Shown here one piece after another: positions 1 through 6,327 of a stretch of 15,684 bases of DNA (positions within the stretch are counted from its first letter, which is position 1; each line of letters opens with the position of its first letter). Source of the stretch: Bdellovibrionota bacterium FG-1 (GTDB taxonomy: Bacteria; Bdellovibrionota; UBA1018); NCBI GenBank assembly GCA_051382295.1, contig JBBCAW010000131.1:1-15684 (forward strand), given 5' to 3'. Both the position numbers and the translations under genes were made by a program. Below the pieces are notes generated by a model. That model had not been told where the DNA came from, ran no database searches, and saw only the letters and a program-made list of their open reading frames with translations.

Positions 1-36
1 CCTACAGCCGTGCCGGCGAGGCACTTCCGGAAGGCT

Positions 37-174
37 TCACTCAGTTCTCTGGATCTCAAGCTGAGTGGGGGTCGGGGTCGGGTCGACGGGGGTAATACAG
101 CCAGTATAAATGCCGGCGCAGAATAGAAGGCTAGCTAATGGGAGGCTTGCCTGTTTCAGATAACTTGGTTTCAT
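37..174 (-). CDS. Small putative lipoprotein (45 aa; possibly the 5' part of a frameshifted longer gene)
   Basis: Hand translation: MKPSYLKQASLPLASLLFCAGIYTGCITPVDPTPTPTQLEIQRTE*. AAAGGAG Shine-Dalgarno just upstream of the ATG, basic N-terminus, hydrophobic stretch, lipobox-like YTG-C, Pro/Thr linker. Below the ORF-track length cutoff. Confidence 0.55.
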   Translation of the reverse strand: MKPSYLKQASLPLASLLFCAGIYTGCITPVDPTPTPTQLEIQRTE

Positions 175-224
175 GAGGGCTCCTTTCGAATGAAGCGATG
201 GATTGAGATAGATATATGCGTAGT

Positions 225-253
225 GTCATACCCATCGTGACCACACGTGTCAA
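225..253 (-). promoter_or_regulatory. Putative sigma70-type promoter for the small lipoprotein ORF
   Basis: Minus strand TTGACA (253-248), 17-nt spacer, TATGAC (230-225). The 8-bp palindrome ACACGTGT (243-250) overlaps the -35. Confidence 0.4.
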
Positions 254-296
254 ATGAAAAGTAGGCCGTACCTTTTGGTTGAGGTCCGCGTCAAAA

Positions 297-572
297 TTAC
301 TTGGTGTTGCGCACGAATCGGCAGAAAGACAGGTCTTTTTCTTTGATGAGGATGGAGACCTTTTTGCCGGCGCTGGAAAACTTTTTTGGATTGATCACTT
401 TTCCAGCGGGAATGGAAACGATGTTTTTTGCCATCTCAAGCTGAATTTGCTGATTTTGGGTTGAAACCAACGTTCCGACCAGCACGACCTCGTCGGCAGA
501 TCCCGCAAAGGCCTGGGGCGCAGTCAAAAGCATGAAGAGCAGTGCTAGGGTCGAAACGAAGTGCGAGCGCAT
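297..572 (-). CDS. Small secreted hypothetical protein (91 aa)
   Basis: Sec signal peptide (MRSH..LALLFMLLTAPQAFA|G). GAGGA RBS overlaps the stop codon of the upstream gene. Mature part is basic with alternating hydrophobic beta-strand patterns. Confidence 0.75.
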   Translation of the reverse strand: MRSHFVSTLALLFMLLTAPQAFAGSADEVVLVGTLVSTQNQQIQLEMAKNIVSIPAGKVINPKKFSSAGKKVSILIKEKDLSFCRFVRNTK

Positions 573-578
573 GATTCC

Positions 579-1604
579 TCAGAGGGCTTGTCCAGATTTG
601 AGTTCTAGCACAGTTTTTCCCGGGCCCGTAGGTTGCCCCCCAGTGGCCTGCGCATCCGTCAGATTGGGCGCTGCCTTTAAGCAATCCCCAAAATGAGAGG
701 GGCAAGCCAAACCCGCCTTGCCGTTATTCATCGGACTGGCTTGGCAGACCACAGGACCACGCAAGGTACCATCGGATGTCCATTCAGCGCTCATTGGAAG
801 ATCTTTTTGTTTTTCGAGCTTTTCCCCGAATCCAAGGCACAGTTTTGCTGATTTTTTTGCATTACAGCTGGCTGGAAATAAGCCAGGGCTCGCTTCGAAG
901 TAGCGGATGCTTCCGGATTTGTAGTTGTAGGCGGATTTGCACAGCGTGTTTGTCACTGTCCTTGCGGACGCTGAGCAGCTTGAAATATCCGCGGTTGCCC
1001 AAGGCGTGAGCTGTTGCTTATCCAAGGATTCCGCCTCATTTTGAATTCGAACGGTGCCAGCTTGGGCCGAGTTTCTTGCGCATTCATTGAATTCATCACA
1101 GTTGTCATCCGGTTTTGCTTTGCAAACCACAAAGCGAGGAGCACCGGTTTCCGCGATTACTTGGGTGTACATGCAAAGGTTGACAGGGGCCGCACAGCCT
1201 TGAAGTCTGAGCTCAAACTTTTTAAGGCTTAAGGCGGTGTCGATGGATTTTGGAGCACCTCGGGCGGCTTCCAGCTCGGCTTCAGATTGTTGCAAGGAGG
1301 CTCGACGCTTGGAGCGGGAGTGGCCGATATTTTGGCAGGCCTCGAGCACCTCTGGAAAGGGCATGCATTGTCCGCCCGCGCTTTCGGCTTTTTGTTCGCA
1401 TTCTTTCAGTTTATCGCGGCATTGTTCTTTATGAGCTCGATCGAGATCCTTCATTCGGTTTTGATTGAAGGCAACAGTGCTCTCGAGGCATTCGAGCAGT
1501 TTGGGGTCGCCTTCGCAAAAAGCGTAAGCATGAAAGGGTAGAATGACAGCGGTCACCGAAAAAAAGACGATGGTTTCGAGCCACCGAAGCTGATAAATTT
1601 TCAT
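579..1604 (-). CDS. Secreted cysteine-rich hypothetical protein (341 aa, 18 Cys)
   Basis: Long ORF, GAGGA RBS, signal peptide ending AYA|F, 18 Cys counted in the mature part, internally repeated Cys module. Confidence 0.85.
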   Translation of the reverse strand: MKIYQLRWLETIVFFSVTAVILPFHAYAFCEGDPKLLECLESTVAFNQNRMKDLDRAHKEQCRDKLKECEQKAESAGGQCMPFPEVLEACQNIGHSRSKRRASLQQSEAELEAARGAPKSIDTALSLKKFELRLQGCAAPVNLCMYTQVIAETGAPRFVVCKAKPDDNCDEFNECARNSAQAGTVRIQNEAESLDKQQLTPWATADISSCSASARTVTNTLCKSAYNYKSGSIRYFEASPGLFPASCNAKKSAKLCLGFGEKLEKQKDLPMSAEWTSDGTLRGPVVCQASPMNNGKAGLACPSHFGDCLKAAPNLTDAQATGGQPTGPGKTVLELKSGQAL

Positions 1605-1625
1605 ATTTCCTCAGAGTCTATGATC

Positions 1626-2873
1626 CTATTGGCTTTTCTCAACCCACACCTGCGCAAGCTCCAAAAGGGTCTTTACGCTTTGCTCAAGTCCTTGGACGCT
1701 GAGCCACTCCGTTCGTGAATGAAAGTTTTGTCCGCCAGTGTAGATATTGGGAGTGGGAAGCCCCTTCGCCGTGAGGCCCGAACCATCCGTCCCTCCCCGA
1801 ATCGGATGCCAAAAGGGTTCGACCCCAGCGCGCTCAGAGGCCTTCCAAAGGCAATCGAGCACCTCTGGATATTGATCCAATTTTTCGCGCATATTGCGAT
1901 AGGTTTCGGTGATCTTGAGGTCGATGCCGGCCTTAGGATATTTCTTCTGAATGTTGGCGATCAGATTTTCCAAAATCCGTTTTTGCTCATTGAGACCTTC
2001 GGTTTTGAAATCGCGCAAAATGAGTTTGAGCGTCGCTTTTCCAGTGGCACCTTCAACTGAGGTCGGGTGAATAAAAGGCTCGTAGCCTTCCGTCGTTTCT
2101 GGCGCCATGTGTGCGGGGAGTCCTGCGATCAGATCCGCGACCACACGAATGGCGCTGATCATCACATTTTTTGCGGAGCCGGGGTGGATGTCTTTGCCTT
2201 GCACAGTAATCGTGGCCGCATTCGCGCTAAAGGTTTCGTGGTTGAGTTCGCCTGGCAGGTCCCCGTCGACCGTGTAGGCATATTTTGCGCCAAATTTGGC
2301 AATGTCAAAATGCTCGGTGCCGCGTCCGACTTCCTCATCCGGCGTAAACGCGATTCGGATTGTACCGTGGGGAATCTCAGGGTGGGTGAGTAAGTGTTCG
2401 ACAGCCGTCATGATAGCGGCGATCCCCGCTTTATCATCCGCACCCAGGAGCGTGGTACCATCCGTCGTGACAAGCTGATGTCCGATGCAAGTTTTGAGTT
2501 TGGCATTCTCCGAAACTCGAATCACTACCGATGAATCTGCATTGAGCACGATATCGTCGCCGTCATATTTTTCAATGATACGAGGCTTTACGTTCGCTCC
2601 GGTGACATCCGGCGAAGTATCCAAATGAGCAATCCAACCTATCGTGGGCACCGCCACGTGAGTCATGGAAAGATGGGAGGGCAGGGTCGCTGTGACATGA
2701 CAGTAGTCGTCACAGATGGCATCAGCAAGGCCGAGGGTGCGAAGCTCCTTGACTAAGAGCCACGCCAAATCAAATTGTTTGGTTGTGCTCGGCGAGTTCT
2801 CCGAATTGGGGTCGGACTGAGTGTCGATGGTGACGTAACGCAAAAATCGTTGAAGCGCTGTTTCAGAGGTCAT
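1626..2873 (-). CDS. pepT: Peptidase T (tripeptide aminopeptidase, M20B)
   Basis: RFLRYVTIDTQSD N-terminus, IAHLDTS, TTLLGADDKAG, FTPDEEVGRG, HPGSAK, IRGGTDG and NFHSRTEW motifs; 415 aa is a typical length. Confidence 0.96.
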   Translation of the reverse strand: MTSETALQRFLRYVTIDTQSDPNSENSPSTTKQFDLAWLLVKELRTLGLADAICDDYCHVTATLPSHLSMTHVAVPTIGWIAHLDTSPDVTGANVKPRIIEKYDGDDIVLNADSSVVIRVSENAKLKTCIGHQLVTTDGTTLLGADDKAGIAAIMTAVEHLLTHPEIPHGTIRIAFTPDEEVGRGTEHFDIAKFGAKYAYTVDGDLPGELNHETFSANAATITVQGKDIHPGSAKNVMISAIRVVADLIAGLPAHMAPETTEGYEPFIHPTSVEGATGKATLKLILRDFKTEGLNEQKRILENLIANIQKKYPKAGIDLKITETYRNMREKLDQYPEVLDCLWKASERAGVEPFWHPIRGGTDGSGLTAKGLPTPNIYTGGQNFHSRTEWLSVQGLEQSVKTLLELAQVWVEKSQ

Positions 2874-2891
2874 GAAAATCTCACTGAGTCA

Positions 2892-3245
2892 TCAGGCGGT
2901 GGGTGGCTTAGGCTGCCAAGAATTGCACCAGCTTTTAGCTAAGACGGTATTATTAGGGAAAATCTGGCAATTACCCTGAGTTTTGTCTATCGCCGTGAAA
3001 AACATACACGTTGAGCAGTTTTTCTTCGCGCCCTCCGGGCCTGCGTGGTTGGGCCATTTTTTGGAATCAACCTTCTTGGCGTCCTTGTGATAGCCCAGGG
3101 CTTGTGCCACGGCATCAGTTTCTGCCACAAGAGGCTTGGCAGAGGCTGCTAGGGCGAGTCCTGCCCGGCCACGGAGCCAAGGCGCCAAAGCGAGGGAACC
3201 TAAAATCGTGAGTGAGGATTTGAAAAACGAGCGACGAGTTTGCAT
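2892..3245 (-). CDS. High-potential iron-sulfur protein (HiPIP) with Tat signal peptide
   Basis: Twin-arginine motif TRRSFFK; AQALGY; four Cys in NCSTCMFF..GNCQIFP..VLAKSWCNSW matching the HiPIP 4Fe-4S pattern; AGGAG RBS. Confidence 0.92.
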   Translation of the reverse strand: MQTRRSFFKSSLTILGSLALAPWLRGRAGLALAASAKPLVAETDAVAQALGYHKDAKKVDSKKWPNHAGPEGAKKNCSTCMFFTAIDKTQGNCQIFPNNTVLAKSWCNSWQPKPPTA

Positions 3246-3350
3246 AAGATGCTCCTGTTTCTATGGGGCATTTAGGGTGAAATGAAGGCACTTGTCGAGG
3301 GGATTTTGTGTAGGAGTTTTGCCGTACGCGTCAAAGCGAAAAGAAAAGGG

Positions 3351-3384
3351 TTGCATATTACTTAAAGTTAATATAACTTGTAGT
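3351..3384 (+). promoter_or_regulatory. Putative sigma70 promoter with overlapping inverted-repeat operator (probable ArsR site)
   Basis: TTGCAT (3351-3356), 17 nt, TAACTT (3374-3379). Inverted repeat ACTTAAAGTTA-ATA-TAACTTGTAGT (3360-3384): perfect 6-bp core arms, 9 of 11 positions pair. Confidence 0.6.
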
Positions 3385-3388
3385 TAAT

Positions 3389-3712
3389 ATGACAACCTCA
3401 CAAATATCGATGCAAGATCTTCATAGTAAAATAGGACACCTCGCCGAAAAAGAAATTATTTTGGATGTTCGTGCGCCAGACGAATTTCAAGCCGGTCATG
3501 TGCCTGGCAGTAAAAATATTCCGCATGATCAGGTCGCTCATTTTGTCGGTGAGCTCAAGCATTACACTCGCATCTATGTGCATTGCCAGGCGGGTCGGAG
3601 GGCGGGAATGGCGACTGAGGCGTTAACGCAACTCGGCTTGAAGAATATCGTTTGTGTGTCGGGATCTGGAATGGGTGACTGGATTGCATTAGGTTTTCCG
3701 GTCGAGAAATAG
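3389..3712 (+). CDS. Single-domain rhodanese (sulfurtransferase)
   Basis: ILDVR.PDEF..GHVPGS.NIP, active-site loop HCQAGRRA, C-terminal GM.DW...GFPVE. Confidence 0.93.
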   Translation: MTTSQISMQDLHSKIGHLAEKEIILDVRAPDEFQAGHVPGSKNIPHDQVAHFVGELKHYTRIYVHCQAGRRAGMATEALTQLGLKNIVCVSGSGMGDWIALGFPVEK

Positions 3713-3720
3713 AGGTGCTC

Positions 3721-4020
3721 ATGACGACGTCAGTCACTAAAGCTATTTTGAAACAATGCGATGAGGTCAGTGATTTACTTAAGTCGCTCTCCCATCCTGT
3801 TCGCTTGAAAATTCTTTGCCAGGTGATGGAAAGGGAGCGGAGCGTGAACGAACTAACTGAGTTTTGTGATATTTCACAATCGGCCATGTCTCAGTTTTTG
3901 AATCGCATGAAAAATGAGGGAATTTTGACTTCCAGGCGCGAGCATAATTTTGTTTATTACGCAGTAGCCGATCAAAAATTGATTCAACTCATGCGGGCTA
4001 TCAAGGAAATTTACACTTGA
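3721..4020 (+). CDS. ArsR/SmtB-family repressor, BigR/SqrR-like
   Basis: LLKSLSHPVRLKILC, SV.EL....ISQS.MSQ.L..MK.EGI...RR....VYY winged HTH. ATG 3721 is preferred over GTG 3715 because GAGG lies 5 nt upstream of it. Confidence 0.92.
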   Translation: MTTSVTKAILKQCDEVSDLLKSLSHPVRLKILCQVMERERSVNELTEFCDISQSAMSQFLNRMKNEGILTSRREHNFVYYAVADQKLIQLMRAIKEIYT

Positions 4021-4047
4021 AAATAAATTCAAATCAAGGAGCGTTTT

Positions 4048-4239
4048 ATGTCCATTGAAAATCAAGTCAGGGCTTTTGCAGGGGGTTTTATTTTACTGAG
4101 TCTTGCGTTGGCTCATTTTTATTCCGCAAATTGGTTGTATTTTACCGCCTTTGTCGGTGCCAACTTACTTCAGTCTGCTTTTACCAAGTTTTGTCCGCTG
4201 CAGATTTTACTTTGTAAGCTAGAAGGAAAAAGATCATGA
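4048..4239 (+). CDS. DUF2892 / YgaP-like small membrane protein
   Basis: Two hydrophobic segments; motif VR..AG.....S..L......W...TAFVGANL.QSAFT.FCP; AAGGAG RBS. Confidence 0.88.
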   Translation: MSIENQVRAFAGGFILLSLALAHFYSANWLYFTAFVGANLLQSAFTKFCPLQILLCKLEGKRS

Positions 4240-4586
4240 CCGCGAATATTCAGCAATATTTGATCCCGCTGGTCCTCGCTGCGTTCATCGGTTGGAGATT
4301 TTTAAAATTTCGTTTAGTTCGCAAGCAGCTTCCGAATCTCCTCGCGCAGGGAGGTATTGTTGTGGATGTTCGTAGCCCCGGGGAGTATGCGGTGAAGTCT
4401 CGGCCGGGAAGCAGGAATATTCCCCTGGGTGAGTTCGAAAAAACAATAGTCTCGTTCGACCGAGAAAAACCCATCATCGTTTGTTGTGCGTCCGGAGCCC
4501 GGAGCGCGGTCGCCCTGGGTATTTTGAAACGTCAGGGTTTTAAGAATATCGTCAACGCGGGGCCTTGGTCTAATACGGTTGTTTGA
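4236..4586 (+). CDS. Membrane-anchored rhodanese-domain protein
   Basis: N-terminal TM helix, VVDVRSPGEY, PGS.NIPL, active-site loop CCASGARS, NAGPW; ATGA overlap with the previous gene. Confidence 0.9.
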   Translation: MTANIQQYLIPLVLAAFIGWRFLKFRLVRKQLPNLLAQGGIVVDVRSPGEYAVKSRPGSRNIPLGEFEKTIVSFDREKPIIVCCASGARSAVALGILKRQGFKNIVNAGPWSNTVV

Positions 4587-4618
4587 AGGTCCCTTAAGTA
4601 TAATGTCGGAGGTTCGTC

Positions 4619-5014
4619 ATGGAAATTCAAGTTCAGTTAGCAGGCAATAAAAAGGTGATTGCGCAGGTGGATGGTTTTCAGGTGGTGACTGACCAACCCG
4701 CTGACAGTGGTGGGGGAGGGAGTGCGCCCGCTCCGTTTGATCTGTTTTTGGCGTCCTTGGCGACTTGCGCTGGTTTTTTCGTGCAAAGTTTTTGCCAGGC
4801 TCGAAACATTGCGACCGATGGCATAACGCTGACTCAGCATTCCGAGTGGGACGAAAAAACCCATCTCGTTTCAAAAATTAGAATCGAAATTCATCTGCCT
4901 CCCTCTTTTCCTGAAAAATACCACGCCAGCGTGATCGCGGCAGCCAATCAATGCACCGTCAAAAAGCACCTCCTGAATCCACCACAGCTTGAAGTGGTCA
5001 CGGTGGTGATATGA
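4619..5014 (+). CDS. OsmC/Ohr-family protein
   Basis: TDQP...GG.GSAPAPFDLFLASLATCAG and second Cys in QCTVKK; GGAGG RBS. Confidence 0.9.
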   Translation: MEIQVQLAGNKKVIAQVDGFQVVTDQPADSGGGGSAPAPFDLFLASLATCAGFFVQSFCQARNIATDGITLTQHSEWDEKTHLVSKIRIEIHLPPSFPEKYHASVIAAANQCTVKKHLLNPPQLEVVTVVI

Positions 5015-6327
5015 AATCATCTTTTCTATTATTCCTGCTCTTATTGTCTCCGTACTCAACAGCCGCTGCCCCCGCGGTGGTTGTGGGATTTTCAGAACTC
5101 TGGGCAAAAATTGAGGCTCATTCACCCACGCAGCAGGCCGCTGAGTTTGAACTTGATGCTGCCAAAACCGCTGCGGATCGGAGTGGCCGTCATTGGTTTC
5201 CCCTGGTGTATTTGGAGGGTCGAACCTTTGCGACCAATGATCCCGGGGTTTCGCTTTTTTCGACGCTGAGTCAGCGAGCGATGTCGCCGATGGATTTTTC
5301 GCCTGATAACCTTAATCATCCCGATACGCTTCGATACGAAAAATTGACCTTGGGAGTGAACTTGCCCTTATTTGAAGGGGGGACCCGCGTGGCTCAGCAT
5401 GCTGCCGCTCAAAAAATGAGCGATGCTAAAGGGTTTGAAGGCAAGGCGATGAAGCTGAAAATTTATACCGAGTCAGCCCGCCTTTACGGCGAAATCGTGG
5501 CTGCCGAGCAGACCCATCAAAAGCTGACCGTATTGGCAGAGGTGGTGGATCAAGTCGTTTCTCACTACCGGGTGGGGGGCAAGGATAATCCTGTGGGCTA
5601 TTCGGGCTTATTGGGCTTGAAAAGCGTGCGCCATAGAATCTCCGGCGCGTTGATCGAGAATCGTGCGAAATGGACCGCGATGAGGGAAGCCTTAGGTCGC
5701 ATGGCCGGTTCGCTTCCGGAAAACTGGGCCCCGGCGCCGCTTCCCACCCTTGTGTTTGTCCAAAAATACTTGGATGTAAAGATCTCGACAAAGACTCCTC
5801 CGGATTCCTATCGCGTTTTGAGCTTTGAACAAATGGCGTCCGCTGCCGGGGATTCCGTGGGGGTCGAACGCGCCAAGTTTTTGCCGAAGGTCGGACTTTT
5901 TGCGGAGGGCAGCCTGAACCACGGAAATCGTGATTCTGCGACCTCCTTTGTAGGCGGCGCTTATCTGCAATGGGATTTGTTTATGGCCCCCAATTTCGGT
6001 GCGGTTCATCAGGCGGAGAGCACGCGAGGGGCTGCGCAGGCCCATGTGGACGAATTGCGTTTGCAAGAGGGCATTGAAAATCAGGGGAATTTGCAAGCGG
6101 TCGAGGCTCTTGAAGCGAATCTAAAAATTCTCGATGACAGTTCGGCTCTTTTGGATGAGCAAACTTTGTATGCAAAAAAGCTGTTTCTGAGTGGCGCCAT
6201 GAATGCGCTTCAGCTGGCAGAAGTATTGAACAGACGCACTGATCTCATCGCCTCTTTTGGTGCGGCCAAGACACAGTATCTCCAAACCAAGGCTTCTCTC
6301 GTTAATAATGGAGTGATTCATGACTGA
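5011..6327 (+). CDS. TolC-family outer membrane efflux protein
   Basis: Signal peptide; two repeats of the OEP pattern (WFPLVYL..VNLPLFEGG and FLPKVGL..YLQWDLF); helical coiled-coil segments; directly upstream of an RND permease. Confidence 0.88.
   Translation: MKSSFLLFLLLLSPYSTAAAPAVVVGFSELWAKIEAHSPTQQAAEFELDAAKTAADRSGRHWFPLVYLEGRTFATNDPGVSLFSTLSQRAMSPMDFSPDNLNHPDTLRYEKLTLGVNLPLFEGGTRVAQHAAAQKMSDAKGFEGKAMKLKIYTESARLYGEIVAAEQTHQKLTVLAEVVDQVVSHYRVGGKDNPVGYSGLLGLKSVRHRISGALIENRAKWTAMREALGRMAGSLPENWAPAPLPTLVFVQKYLDVKISTKTPPDSYRVLSFEQMASAAGDSVGVERAKFLPKVGLFAEGSLNHGNRDSATSFVGGAYLQWDLFMAPNFGAVHQAESTRGAAQAHVDELRLQEGIENQGNLQAVEALEANLKILDDSSALLDEQTLYAKKLFLSGAMNALQLAEVLNRRTDLIASFGAAKTQYLQTKASLVNNGVIHD

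Noticed and set aside
257..276. AAAAGTA-GGCCG-TACCTTTT hairpin as terminator of the left operon
   Set aside because: Stem is short, AT-rich and bulged; too weak to call without a folding calculation.
1302..1316. RSKRR polybasic site in the Cys-rich protein as a processing site
   Set aside because: Short basic runs arise by chance and nothing else supports proteolytic maturation.
4599..4604. Perfect TATAAT before the OsmC gene as an internal promoter
   Set aside because: No -35 at 16-18 nt spacing, no TG extension, and the implied start site would fall in the GGAGG RBS.
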